Under the pieces are notes generated by a model. The model made no database searches. It saw only the letters and a program-made list of their open reading frames with translations, and was not told where the DNA came from. A DNA stretch of 40,469 nt from Escherichia phage ECP1. The translations under genes were made by a program, and so were the position numbers. Location of the stretch: sequence record KY979108; one strand, given 5' to 3'. Of the stretch, positions 18,434-29,500 are shown piece after piece; the first letter of the stretch is position 1; each line of letters starts with the position of its first letter.

Positions 18434-18879
18434 TTGAGACGAGCCTCGATTTTTCCGGGTTAAATGACATCGCAAAGGATCTGGAGGCGCTTAGCCGCGC
18501 TGAAAACAATAAGGTTCTTCGTGATGCCACCCGCGCCGGCGCGGAAGTGCTTAAGGAAGAAGTGATCGCCCGCGCTCCGGTGCGTACCGGGAAACTGAAA
18601 AAAAACGTGGTGGTGGTGACCCAAAAAAGCCGTCGCCGCGGGGAAATTTCTTCCGGCGTCCATATTCGTGGCGTTAACCCGCGCACCGGAAACAGCGATA
18701 ACACGATGAAGGCTAATAACCCGAGAAACGCCTTTTACTGGCGATTCGTTGAAATGGGAACTGCCAACATGCCGGCACATCCTTTCATTCGTCCAGCGTT
18801 TGACGTCCGACAGGAGCAGGCGACAGAGGTCGCGATCAGGCGCATGAACCAGGCCATCGATGAGGCATTAAGCAAATGA
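18430..18879 (+). CDS. HK97 gp10-like tail-component protein
   Basis: Synteny and size. Confidence 0.6.
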   Translation: MIETSLDFSGLNDIAKDLEALSRAENNKVLRDATRAGAEVLKEEVIARAPVRTGKLKKNVVVVTQKSRRRGEISSGVHIRGVNPRTGNSDNTMKANNPRNAFYWRFVEMGTANMPAHPFIRPAFDVRQEQATEVAIRRMNQAIDEALSK

Positions 18880-19223
18880 CGGAAGACGATCTCTATCCTC
18901 TGCTGGAACCGCTGGCCGGAGGGCAGGTTTATCCCTACGTTGCGCCGCTCGGCAGTGACGGGAAGCCTTCAGTCTCTCCGCCCTGGGTAATTTTCTCGAT
19001 TATTACCGACGTGGCCGCAGACGTTCTTTGCGGTCAGGCTGAATCTGCCGTTTCTGTGCAGGTTGATGTCTATTCCAGCACCATCACTGAAGCGCGCACG
19101 ATCAGGAATATGGCGCTTGATGCTCTGCAGGTGCTGAAGCCGGAAAGCATTGTTAAAACGCCGGGCTATGAGCCTGATCTGCGCTATCACCGGGCAACGC
19201 TCGAATTTCAGGTAACCGTTTAA
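18876..19223 (+). CDS. Tail completion protein
   Basis: Synteny and size. Confidence 0.55.
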   Translation: MTEDDLYPLLEPLAGGQVYPYVAPLGSDGKPSVSPPWVIFSIITDVAADVLCGQAESAVSVQVDVYSSTITEARTIRNMALDALQVLKPESIVKTPGYEPDLRYHRATLEFQVTV

Positions 19224-19276
19224 CTTTTCCCACCATAACAGACCGCTCTGGCGGTCTTTTTTTATCTGGAGAAATC

Positions 19277-19747
19277 ATGACCAGTAAGTATGAAGTTACA
19301 AAGGGGATGACCTTTGCCGTCTCCGACGCACCCGTAACCGCCGAGGATTTTAATGCCTTAGGTTTCCCGGGGGATGGTGTTACCTGGCTGGAAGCGGCCT
19401 GTGCAACAAAGGAGATCACCTTCACGGGCGGTCAAAAAGGGGATATTGACGTAACCACGCTTTGCTCAACTGAACAGGAGCAAACCAACGGCCTCGCCGC
19501 GCCTGCTGAAATGAGCATTACCCGTAACTGGGTTGGCGATGAAGCAGCGCAGGAGGCACTGCAGACCGCTTACGAAAATGACGAACTGCGTGCGCTGCGT
19601 GTGGTATTCCCGTCTGGCAACGGTTTCTACGTGCTGGTGGAAGTACGCCAGAGCTCATGGTCTGCCGCAACATCTTCCGTTGTTGGCGCTACCTATTCTC
19701 TGCGTGTACGCGGCAAACCTAAACGCATCTACGCGTCTGGTTCCTGA
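19277..19747 (+). CDS. Major tail protein
   Basis: Position before the chaperone pair and tape measure; bracketed by hairpin/T-run elements. Confidence 0.75.
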   Translation: MTSKYEVTKGMTFAVSDAPVTAEDFNALGFPGDGVTWLEAACATKEITFTGGQKGDIDVTTLCSTEQEQTNGLAAPAEMSITRNWVGDEAAQEALQTAYENDELRALRVVFPSGNGFYVLVEVRQSSWSAATSSVVGATYSLRVRGKPKRIYASGS

Positions 19748-19801
19748 GCGGCTTCGGCCGCTTTTTTTATCCCTCCGATCATGTAACAAGAGAAAAATGA
19801 A

Positions 19802-20203
19802 ATGCCGCAAAAAACATCACAGAATTCATTACGCAACGTGGCGCTTACAGCATCGAAAGCCTATCGCACCAAAGAAGGTATCACGGTCCCTGAATGGGAT
19901 GGCGCAAAGGTAACGCTGCGTGAACCCTCTGGCGATGCATGGGTGAAATTCCGGGAGATCGTTAATCCCCAGCTCGCCGAGGGCGAAGAGGCACCGACGC
20001 TGACGGAGGCGGAAAAGTTTCTGCGTAACAAAAAGGCTGATGTGGTTCTGTTTATTGACGTTCTGCTGGATGAAAACGGCGAGCGAGTATTCAGCGATGA
20101 GGATCAGGAGCAGGTATCTAAAATTTATGGTCCTGTGCACTCCCGCCTGCTGGCTCAGGCCCTCAACCTCGGAATGAGCCAGGAAGAAGCGGGAAAGCCG
20201 TAA
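19802..20203 (+). CDS. G: Tail assembly chaperone G
   Basis: Ends just after slippery heptamer GGGAAAG (20191..20197). Confidence 0.8.
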   Translation: MPQKTSQNSLRNVALTASKAYRTKEGITVPEWDGAKVTLREPSGDAWVKFREIVNPQLAEGEEAPTLTEAEKFLRNKKADVVLFIDVLLDENGERVFSDEDQEQVSKIYGPVHSRLLAQALNLGMSQEEAGKP

Positions 20204-20490
20204 AGCAGCCGCTGACCTTCTTCCTGATGTCGCTGGCGCTCCGGTTGGGACGTACTCTCCACGAACTGCGCCAGAACATGACCGCCAGCGAGCTCAAAAT
20301 GTGGATCGAGTTCGACCGCATCAGTCCGATTGGTGACTGGCGCGCCGATGCTCAGGCGGCGCAGATCTCCGTTGCAATGCTGAACTCTCAGGGCGGGAAA
20401 TTCACCATTCCTGACGTGATGCTGAAATGGGGTGAGCAGGAAGAAGGCGCTGAAGTCTCTGAACTTGAAGAATGGATGTCCAGTCTTTGA
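20191..20490 (+). CDS. Tail assembly chaperone T segment, expressed as a G-T fusion by -1 ribosomal frameshift
   Basis: The -1 frame from GGGAAAG is open through 20490 and runs into the 20227 ORF. Confidence 0.75.
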   Translation, partial: GKAVKQPLTFFLMSLALRLGRTLHELRQNMTASELKMWIEFDRISPIGDWRADAQAAQISVAMLNSQGGKFTIPDVMLKWGEQEEGAEVSELEEWMSSL

Positions 20491-20524
20491 TGCCCGCGGC
20501 TGCGGGCTTTTTTATGGGTGAAAT

Positions 20525-23500
20525 ATGGCAACGCTGCGCGAGCTAATCATCAAAATTTCGGCGAACTCTTCTTCTTTTCAGTCAGAGATCGCCAGAGCGT
20601 CCCGCATGGGAACCGATTACTACCGCACTATGGAACAGGGCGGGAAAAAAGCTGCAGCGGCCACGCGTGAAACTCAGCGGTCTTTGGCTGACCTGAATTC
20701 TCAGCTTGCAACCGTGCGATCCTCTGCTGCCGGGCTTGCCGGTGCGTGGGCTGGTGCATTTGCCACGCATCAGCTGATTCAGTTTGCCGACACGTGGAAC
20801 CAGTTGAATGGGCGTCTTCGCCTTGCGTCCTCTTCCAGTGAGGATTACGTGCAATCCCAGCGCGTGCTGATGGAGATTAGCCAGCGCACCGGAACATCCC
20901 TCGAGGCAAACAGCAACCTGTACAGCCGAATTGCGCAGTCCCTGCGTGATGCCGGTTACGCTTCTGCTGACGTCGCAAAAGTTACGGAAACCGTAGCAAC
21001 CTCACTGAAGCTGTCTGGCGCCAGTACCGAAGAGGCGAGTTCTGTTATCACCCAGCTTAGCCAGGCACTTGGCTCAGGCGTTTTGCGAGGCGAAGAATTT
21101 AACTCCATCATGGAGAACGGTGGACGCCTGGCGAAACTGCTGGCTGATGGGCTGGGTACCACTGTTGGTGGCCTGCGAAATATGGCCAACAACGGCGAGC
21201 TGACGACCAACAAGATCGTCCCGCTGCTGACCAACGTTGAGATCCTCCGTAAAGAATTCGACACCCTTCCTGCATCCATCAGCGGATCTGCACAGAAAGT
21301 GCAAAACGCCTTCCTTGCATGGGTTGGCGGGGCGAACGATGCGGTCGGCGCATCATCAACGCTTTCCGGCGTGCTGGATGGTCTGGCGAATAACATCGAT
21401 GATGTGGCGAACACCGCAGGCATTCTGGTTGGTGTTGGCCTCGCTCGTTATTTTGGCAACATGGTCGGCAGCGTTGCTCAGTCAACCCGGGCAGTCCTCG
21501 CTAATACGGCCGCCGAGGTCGCGCTGGCGCAGGCTCAGGTTCGCGGAGCTCAGGTTAGCGTTGCTGCTGGTCGCCAGGCTGTTTACCGCGCTCAACAGGC
21601 GCGCGCAGCGGCGACGAGTATTGAGGCTCAGATTGTCGCTGAGCGTAATCTTGCTGCTGCTCAGGCATCACTGAATACGGCGCTTGCTGGCAGGACTTCG
21701 GCCGTTAATAACCTCACCAATACAGCCTCGGTGATGTCCCGCCTGGGTAGTGGCGTTCTTGGCATTCTCGGTGGCTGGCCTGGAGTGATTATCGGTGCCG
21801 GCGCTGCGATGTATGGCCTTTATCAGCATACCCAGCAGGTGCACCGTGAGGCGGTAGGTTTTGCCAACAACCTTGACGAGATCAACACCAAGCTCCAGCA
21901 GATGTCGGTGCTTGGCCTGCGTTCGACCGCGGCTGATGCCCGTACATCTTTACAGGCGCAAAAACAGGACCTGGCCGACCTCGACTCTCAGATTGCGAAG
22001 GTGAAAGACAGTCTTAAGGCGGTTGATCAAATCCAGCAGGACTACAACCGCCATCCGACGCTGACCCTGATCAACACCTTCATGGACCAGGCCGACATCA
22101 CGGCCAAAAACATCGAGCTTACCGATAAGCTGAACCAGCTTGAGTACCAGCGCGAACAGGCAGCCTCAAAAGTCGAGCAAACGCAGAAGCTGGTTAATCA
22201 GGCCAGTGATCTGGCCACACAAAAGGCTATCGAACAGGCTGGCGCTGTCTCAATCCTGAAAGGTGCGTATGACCTGCTTAACCGCTCGATGTCAGCGACC
22301 GCTGGCGCCAAGCCGCCGCAATATGCCGGGCCCGTCGTCTCACTGGCGAATGCAACGCCTCAACAGCAAACTGCACTGGAGCGCTCGCGCCGCGATAATG
22401 AGCTAGCCAGCTTAAGCGGATTAGAGAAACTCCATCAGCAGCACGTCTACGAAGCAGAAGACCTGCAGCTGACGGGGGCGCTTTACACCCAGTACATCTA
22501 CAACAAGGATCAGGCAGCCAAAAAGGATGCAGCAGCTGCAGAGGCAAAAAAAACCTCTACCGCCGCCTCGAAAGCGCAGAGTAAAGCCGAGCGCGAAGCG
22601 GCCAGCACCGCCGAACAGTATTCCCGGAAAATGGCCGATCTGAGCGTGGCTATCGATGTGCAACGCGTCCGGGCCACGGAAGGAGAAAAAGCCTCTGAGC
22701 TTTACGCGGCGTCGCACCAGGCAGGCACTAAATGGACCGACGAGCAGCGCAGAGCAATCCAGGCATCATCAACAGAGCTGGCAAAATGGACGCAAAAAGC
22801 CGACGAGAACGTGCGCAAGCAGCGCGAACAGGCTGATGCCCTGAAGGATTTAACTGAAGCGGCCCGAAAGTTCAGGGATGAGGCGACGCTGACAACCGAA
22901 ACCGCAGGCATGAGTGATCGTCAGCGCAGCCGGTTCGATGAGACGCAACAGATCGACCGTGTTTTTGCTAAAACGGACGGCGGCACCGAGGCCATCGCAC
23001 AGCGCGCCGCAGCCCTCGATGCTCTGGAGGAGAAATACAAGGCTATTGCAGCAGCTGAAGCGGATTGGATGTTCGGTGTATCACGCGGCTATGCCAACTG
23101 GTTTGATGAAATCAGTGATGTATCCGGAACGGTTTCTGACGGGGTGAAAACCACACTCGACAGCGCGTTTGGTAACGTCACCTCAATGCTCGAAGGCAAT
23201 AAAGTTAGCTGGAAATCGTGGGGTATTTCTGTCCTGCAGATTATCGAAAAAGTGGCTCTGCAGATGGCGGTGGTTAGCGCGATGGGTGGGGCCTCTTCCG
23301 GTTCTGGCATCTTTGGCTCACTCATCGGCAGTGTAGGCAGCTTCTTCGGGGGCGGGGCGGGAGCATCAGCCAGCACCGGTACGGCGGTTTCCAGTTACGG
23401 ATCGAACTTCCAGTTTAACGCCAAAGGCGGCGTTTATGACTCCCCCTCTCTGAGCGCTTTCAGTAATGGGATCGTCAGAAACCCCACCATGTTCGCTTTC

Positions 23501-23806
23501 GCAAAAGGCGGGGCCGGAATCATGGGCGAGGCTGGGCCGGAGGCGATCATGCCGCTTACCCGCGCGCCGGATGGTTCTCTCGGCGTTCGTGCGGTCGGAG
23601 GTGGCGGCGGTCAGTCTGTATCTTCGGCGCCACAGGTTTATATCACCATCGATGGCAACGGCAACACTCAAACTCAGGCCTCACCAGGCCTTGAGCAATT
23701 TGGTGCCGAGGTCGGGGAATTTGTTGATCGACGTTATAAGCAGAATGTGATGCGTGACATTCGTCCCGGCGGCGACATCTGGAACGCAATGAAAGGAACC
23801 CGATAA
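20525..23806 (+). CDS. H: Tail tape measure protein
   Basis: 1093 aa, alanine/glutamine-rich coiled-coil protein downstream of the chaperone pair. Confidence 0.9.
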   Translation: MATLRELIIKISANSSSFQSEIARASRMGTDYYRTMEQGGKKAAAATRETQRSLADLNSQLATVRSSAAGLAGAWAGAFATHQLIQFADTWNQLNGRLRLASSSSEDYVQSQRVLMEISQRTGTSLEANSNLYSRIAQSLRDAGYASADVAKVTETVATSLKLSGASTEEASSVITQLSQALGSGVLRGEEFNSIMENGGRLAKLLADGLGTTVGGLRNMANNGELTTNKIVPLLTNVEILRKEFDTLPASISGSAQKVQNAFLAWVGGANDAVGASSTLSGVLDGLANNIDDVANTAGILVGVGLARYFGNMVGSVAQSTRAVLANTAAEVALAQAQVRGAQVSVAAGRQAVYRAQQARAAATSIEAQIVAERNLAAAQASLNTALAGRTSAVNNLTNTASVMSRLGSGVLGILGGWPGVIIGAGAAMYGLYQHTQQVHREAVGFANNLDEINTKLQQMSVLGLRSTAADARTSLQAQKQDLADLDSQIAKVKDSLKAVDQIQQDYNRHPTLTLINTFMDQADITAKNIELTDKLNQLEYQREQAASKVEQTQKLVNQASDLATQKAIEQAGAVSILKGAYDLLNRSMSATAGAKPPQYAGPVVSLANATPQQQTALERSRRDNELASLSGLEKLHQQHVYEAEDLQLTGALYTQYIYNKDQAAKKDAAAAEAKKTSTAASKAQSKAEREAASTAEQYSRKMADLSVAIDVQRVRATEGEKASELYAASHQAGTKWTDEQRRAIQASSTELAKWTQKADENVRKQREQADALKDLTEAARKFRDEATLTTETAGMSDRQRSRFDETQQIDRVFAKTDGGTEAIAQRAAALDALEEKYKAIAAAEADWMFGVSRGYANWFDEISDVSGTVSDGVKTTLDSAFGNVTSMLEGNKVSWKSWGISVLQIIEKVALQMAVVSAMGGASSGSGIFGSLIGSVGSFFGGGAGASASTGTAVSSYGSNFQFNAKGGVYDSPSLSAFSNGIVRNPTMFAFAKGGAGIMGEAGPEAIMPLTRAPDGSLGVRAVGGGGGQSVSSAPQVYITIDGNGNTQTQASPGLEQFGAEVGEFVDRRYKQNVMRDIRPGGDIWNAMKGTR

Positions 23807-23808
23807 TT

Positions 23809-24147
23809 ATGGCCATTGAAACTTTCACCTGGTGCCCACGGATTAACGCGGAGGCTGATACAAGTTTCCGCGTCAGAAAAGCCCAGTTTGGCGATGGATA
23901 TGAGCAGGTTTCAGGGGATGGATTGAACACCAGAACCCAGCAATGGACGCTCAACTTCACTGGCAACGAAACCTACATTTCTGCCATTAAATCTTTTCTC
24001 GACAGGCATGAAGGAACGAAAGCCTTTCAATGGAAGCCGCCGCTCGAGCCTTTGGGTTTGTATCGTTGCGAAACGTATAAACCCACCGGGCTGGGTGCGG
24101 GAAAATTCAACCTTGAAGCAACATTCATCCAGGCATTTAAACCATGA
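23809..24147 (+). CDS. M: Minor tail protein M
   Basis: Size and synteny. Confidence 0.8.
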   Translation: MAIETFTWCPRINAEADTSFRVRKAQFGDGYEQVSGDGLNTRTQQWTLNFTGNETYISAIKSFLDRHEGTKAFQWKPPLEPLGLYRCETYKPTGLGAGKFNLEATFIQAFKP

Positions 24148-24902
24148 GCTTAAACGCAGACTATCAGAAGCTTGAATCCGGAAACGATGTTCGTCTGATT
24201 GAGGTGGACGGTTCTTCCTTTGGGCTAACGGACGTTCTCCGCTTTCACAATTACCGCATTCCCCACACGGAAGCGGAAATCATCGCCGCTGGTGGGGATG
24301 AGTCCAAGCTTCCGGCGAAACCAATCTGGTGGCAGGGAAATGAATACGCCGCCTGGCCGTATCAGCTGGAAGGCCTGGAAAAATCAACCAGTGGGAGCAA
24401 TGCAACGCCATCACTGACGGTTGCGAACATCGAAAGCTCTATTTCTGCCATGTGTCTTGCGTATGACGATCTGCTGCAGGCGAAAGTCACTATTCACGAC
24501 ACAAAAGAGAAATATCTCGATGCCAGAAATTTCGCGGACGGTAACCCCACAGCAGACCCGACTCAGGAAAAGCTGCAGGTCTGGTATATCGACGGGAAAA
24601 CTGGCGAGCTTGCCGGTGAAACCGTTGAATTTGTTCTGTCCAGCCCGATGGACCTGCAGGGGCAAATGATCCCGACGCGACAGCTTCATTCCCTGTGTAC
24701 CTGGTGCATCCGGAATAAATATCGTACCGGCGACGGCTGCGACTATGCCGGCACCCGCTATTTCGATAAAAACAACAACCCGGTAAGCGATCCGTCGCTG
24801 GATGAATGCAATGGCACGCTGACGGCCTGCAAACTCCGATTCGGCGAAAATAACGAACTCTCGTTTGGTGGCTTCCCGGGCACGTCTTTGATCAGGAGTT
24901 GA
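24144..24902 (+). CDS. L: Minor tail protein L
   Basis: Size, synteny and C-terminal cysteine cluster. Confidence 0.8.
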   Translation: MSLNADYQKLESGNDVRLIEVDGSSFGLTDVLRFHNYRIPHTEAEIIAAGGDESKLPAKPIWWQGNEYAAWPYQLEGLEKSTSGSNATPSLTVANIESSISAMCLAYDDLLQAKVTIHDTKEKYLDARNFADGNPTADPTQEKLQVWYIDGKTGELAGETVEFVLSSPMDLQGQMIPTRQLHSLCTWCIRNKYRTGDGCDYAGTRYFDKNNNPVSDPSLDECNGTLTACKLRFGENNELSFGGFPGTSLIRS

Positions 24903-24903
24903 T

Positions 24904-25614
24904 ATGCGTCAGAAAACCATAGATGCGATTATGGCGCATGCTGCAGCTGAATATCCTCTTGAGTGTTGCGGCGTGGTGGCGCAGAAAAGCCGCGTTGAAC
25001 GTTATTTCCCGTGCCGGAATCTTGCCGCGGCGCCGGAGGACAATTTTGTCCTTTGCCCCGAAGACTACGCAGCTGCTGAGGACTGGGGAACGGTGATCGC
25101 CATCGTTCACAGTCACCCTGACGCCACAACGCAGCCGAGCGAACTGGATAAAGCGCAATGCGACGCAACGCTTTTACCCTGGCATATTGTGAGCTGGCCG
25201 GAGGGGGATTTACGCACCATCCAGCCGCGCGGAGAACTGCCACTGCTGGAGCGTCCGTTTGTGCTTGGACACTTCGACTGCTGGGGGCTGGTAATGAGCT
25301 ATTTCCGGCAAACGCATGGTATCGAGCTCCACGATTACCGGGTGGATTATCCCTGGTGGGAAAACGCCTATCCGGACAATTTTTATCAGGATTGCTGGTA
25401 TGAATGCGGATTCAGGGAGTTTGACGGCCCGCCTCAGGAAGGGGACCTCGTCATCATGCAGGTGCAGGCCGATAAGTGGAATCATGCCGGGATTTTACTG
25501 GAGGGTAACATGCTGCTGCACCACCTGTACGGACATCTGAGCCAGCGCGTGCCGTATGGTGGCTACTGGCAGGAAAGGACGATGAAGATTCTTAGACATC
25601 AGAATTTTATTTAA
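24904..25614 (+). CDS. K: Tail assembly protein K (MPN/JAB plus NlpC/P60 domains)
   Basis: HSHP metal-binding motif and Cys-His hydrolase region. Confidence 0.8.
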   Translation: MRQKTIDAIMAHAAAEYPLECCGVVAQKSRVERYFPCRNLAAAPEDNFVLCPEDYAAAEDWGTVIAIVHSHPDATTQPSELDKAQCDATLLPWHIVSWPEGDLRTIQPRGELPLLERPFVLGHFDCWGLVMSYFRQTHGIELHDYRVDYPWWENAYPDNFYQDCWYECGFREFDGPPQEGDLVIMQVQADKWNHAGILLEGNMLLHHLYGHLSQRVPYGGYWQERTMKILRHQNFI

Positions 25615-25661
25615 CAAACTGTCACTGATACTATCGTGTAGTACACAGCAAGGAGAACGAT

Positions 25662-25886
25662 ATGTATACAGTTGGGTTTGGTTGGATCTTCGTCGGTATT
25701 TTTATTGGGTTAATTCTCTGGTTTTTCATCAACCGCGCCAGCGTCAGAGCGAACAGGCAGGTTGAATTACTTGAGTCTATCGACCAGAAATTATCAAAAA
25801 TAGTAGATCCAAACTTCGAGGCAAATAACAAAGACCAGTCGAAAGAAAACTACCTTGAAGAAGCAAGGAAAAAAGCTGGGCTTTGA
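25662..25886 (+). CDS. Small single-pass membrane protein (74 aa) inserted between K and I
   Basis: Hydrophobic N-terminal helix then a charged tail; AT-rich compared with neighbours. Confidence 0.5.
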   Translation: MYTVGFGWIFVGIFIGLILWFFINRASVRANRQVELLESIDQKLSKIVDPNFEANNKDQSKENYLEEARKKAGL

Positions 25887-25935
25887 GAGCGTAAATTAAC
25901 AAACCACCTACGGGGGGTTTTTTTATGGGGGCAGC

Positions 25936-26544
25936 ATGCAAGAGGTAATGACAAGAATTGAGCTAAGTGGCGTGCTAGCTAAGACATATGGAAGGGTTCA
26001 TCACCGTCTGGTTCGCACTACTGCTGAAGCCATTAATGCACTCGCGAAAACCATCAATGGATTCGAGAAATTCTTAAACACAAGCAAGGCCCGAGGGCTG
26101 ACGTATGCCGTTTATAGAGATAAAAAGAATATTGGCGTTGATGATCTCGGCTTTCCCGTCACCGGCGAAGTGATCCGGATTGTCCCTGTAGTAATAGGGA
26201 GTAAAAAGGCTGGTCTTTTGCAGACGATCTTGGGGGCCGTGCTTATTACTGCTGCTGTGTTGACTGGCCCAGGCGGTATTGGCGCTGCTTTCGCTGCTGG
26301 TGGATTGACGGGGTTTGCTGCTGCCACTGGTGCCTCGTTGGTCCTCGGTGGGGTTATTCAGCTGCTTTCACCGCAGCCATCAGGCATAGCCAGCAAACAA
26401 AGCGCAGATAACCGTGCATCGTATGCATTCGGCGGTGTTACAAACACCGCGGCACAGGGGTACCCGGTGCCTCTGCTTTATGGTAAGCGTCGAATCGGCG
26501 GAGCGATTATTTCTGCAGGAATTTATGTCGAAGATCAGCAGTAG
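25936..26544 (+). CDS. I: Tail assembly protein I
   Basis: Resembles lambda I; hydrophobic glycine/alanine-rich central region. Confidence 0.8.
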   Translation: MQEVMTRIELSGVLAKTYGRVHHRLVRTTAEAINALAKTINGFEKFLNTSKARGLTYAVYRDKKNIGVDDLGFPVTGEVIRIVPVVIGSKKAGLLQTILGAVLITAAVLTGPGGIGAAFAAGGLTGFAAATGASLVLGGVIQLLSPQPSGIASKQSADNRASYAFGGVTNTAAQGYPVPLLYGKRRIGGAIISAGIYVEDQQ

Positions 26545-26597
26545 ATAACTAACCTTTTTACAAGCCACCTCCGGGTGGCTTTTTTTATGGACGCAAT

Positions 26598-29500
26598 ATG
26601 GCAACTGCAACCGCGATTAAAGGCCGCAAAGGCGGTAGTTCAAAGACACGCACTCCAACTGAACAGCCCGATGATCTGCAGTCAGTTGCGAAGGCGAAAA
26701 TTTTAATCGCCCTTGGCGAGGGCGAGTTCTCCGGGCAATTAACCGGCAAAGATATCTACCTGGACGGAACAGCGCTGGAGAATGCTGACGGCTCCCAAAA
26801 CTTCAGCGGGGTAACGTGGGAGTTTCGCGCGGGAACGCAGGCGCAAAAATATATTCAGGGTATTCCCGGTACCGAAAACGAGATCAGCGTAGGAACTGAG
26901 GTATCAAGTGCCACAGCCTGGACGCGCACGTTTACCAATACGCAGCTTTCAGCAGTTCGCCTGCGTCTTAAATGGCCCTCGCTTTTCAAACAGGAAGACG
27001 ACGGCGATCTGGTGGGTTACTCGGTCAATTATGCGATTGACCTGCAGACTGACGGCGGCACATGGCAGACGGTACTCAATACCAGCGTGACCGGTAAAAC
27101 GACCTCAGGTTATGAGCGCAGCCACCGTATCGATTTACCGCAGGCTGGCAGCACCTGGACAATACGTCTGCGTAAGATTACCTCTGACGCCAACAGCGCG
27201 AAGATCGGCGACACGATGATGCTGCAGAGCTTCACTGAGGTGATTGACGCCAAGTTACGATATCCAAACACAGCGTTACTCTACATCGAATTCGATTCCA
27301 GCCAGTTTAACGGCTCTATCCCTCAGATCTCCTGCGAGCCCCGCGGCCGCGTTATCCGCGTTCCAGATACCTACGACCCTGAAACCCGCACTTATAGCGG
27401 TACATGGACCGGTGCGTTTAAGTGGGCATGGACGGATAACCCTGCGTGGATTTTTTACGACCTGGTTGTTTCTGACCGGTTCGGCCTTGGGCACCGTTTG
27501 ACCGCTGCGAATATTGATAAATGGACGCTTTATCAGGTTGCTCAGTATTGTGATCAGATGGTACCAGACGGCAAAGGGGGCAACGGTACAGAACCACGCT
27601 ATACCTGCAACGTGTACATTCAGGACCGGAACGACGCCTACACAGTCCTGCGTGATTTTGCCGCTATCTTCCGTGGCATGACCTACTGGGGCGGGGATCA
27701 GATTGTGGCCCTGGCTGACATGCCGCGCGATGTTGATTACAGCTACACGCGCGCTAACGTTGTTGGCGGTCGCTTCACCTATTCGAGCAGCACCACGAAA
27801 AGCCGCTACACCACAGCACTGGTTTCATGGTCAGATCCGGGGAACGCTTATGCCGACGCGATGGAGCCGGTATTTGAGCAGGCGCTGGTGGCGCGATACG
27901 GCTTCAATCAGCTGGAAATGACAGCCATCGGCTGCACCAGGCAGTCAGAAGCGAACCGAAAGGGGCGCTGGGGTATTCTCACCAACAACAAGGATCGCGT
28001 TGTTTCGTTTGATGTCGGGCTGGACGGAAACATTCCGCAGCCTGGCTACATCATCGCCGTGGCAGACGAGCTGCTTTCCGGAAAGGTTATGGGCGGCCGC
28101 ATCAGCGCCGTTAACGGTCGCGTTATCAAACTTGACCGCGTAGCTGATGCAGCACCAGGTGATCGCCTTATTCTCAACCTTCCCTCCGGAGCGTCGCAGA
28201 GCAGGACCATTCAGGCCGTGAACGGGGAATCAGTCACAGTCACCACGGCATACAGTGAGACGCCACAGGCCGAAGCTGTTTGGGTGGTTGAATCTGACGA
28301 GCTCTACGCGCAGCAGTATCGAGTTGTCAGCGTTTCCGATAACAATGATGGCACTTTCTCGATTACCGGCGCATGGCACGACCCGGATAAATATGCCCGT
28401 ATCGATACCGGAGCCATCATTGACCAGCGGCCGGTGAGCGTGATTCCGCCGGGTAACCAGTCGCCGCCTGCGAACATCGTGATCAGCTCGTTTTCCGTGG
28501 TTCAGCAAAATATCAGCGTCGAAACAATGCGCGTGAGCTGGGACCAGGCGCAGAACGCTATCGCCTATGAAGCACAATGGCGCCGCAACGACGGGAACTG
28601 GGTTAACGTGCCGCGCACCTCCACCACGTCATTCGACGTCCCGGGGATTTATGCCGGGCGCTACCTGGTGCGGGTGCGCGCAATCAATGCCGCAGAAATT
28701 TCATCCGGATGGGGCTATTCAGAAGAGAAAACGCTGACGGGTAAAGTGGGCAATCCACCGAAGCCGGTTGGCTTTATCGCCTCTGAAAACGTGGTGTTCG
28801 GTATCGAGCTGAACTGGGGATTCCCGGCGAATACCGACGACACGCTGAAGACGGAAATTCAGTACAGCCTGACCGGTACTGAAGACGATGCCATGCTGCT
28901 GGCCGATGTGCCTTACCCGCAGCGCAAGTATCAGCAGATGGGCCTGAAGGCGGGGCAAATTTTCTGGTACCGGGCGCAGCTGGTGGACAGGACAGGCAAT
29001 GAGTCGGGTTATACCGACTGGGTACGTGGACAGGCCAGTATCGATGTGTCGGATATCACCGATGTTATCCTGGAGGACATTAAAGAATCGGACACGTTCA
29101 AGGAACTGATCGAAAGCGCAGTAGACAGCAACGAAAAAATTGCTGGTATGGCTGACGATATCAGACAGAACGCTGACGATCTGGAGCAACAGGCGCTGGC
29201 CATCAAGGAAAACGCCGATGGGCTCGCCCAGGCCGAGGTGAAGATTGACGAAATCTCTGTCTCGATGGATGGCATGACGGGAGGCGTTAAAAACTCCTCT
29301 ATCGCGGTTATTCAGAACAGCCTCGCGCAGGTCACCAGCCGTCGATCCCAGACAGCCACCAACGCCGGGAACAGCGCCAGCATCGACCGTATCGATACCA
29401 CCATTGCAGATACCAGCCAGGCGGTTGCCCGTGCGCTGGTTACGCTTGATGCTTCTGCCGGTGGTAATGTCTCAAACGCGACCGATCTCACCGAAACCCT

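Noticed and set aside
19533-19913. ORF overlapping the major tail gene end and the G start
   Set aside because: Alternate-frame ORF spanning two well-supported genes and their intergenic terminator; implausible as a gene.
20956-22717. Antisense and alternate-frame ORFs inside the tape measure gene (20956..21423, 21237..21674, 22421..22717 and similar)
   Set aside because: They are fully embedded in a long, well-supported structural gene with GC-rich repetitive codons that keep alternate frames open; treated as spurious.
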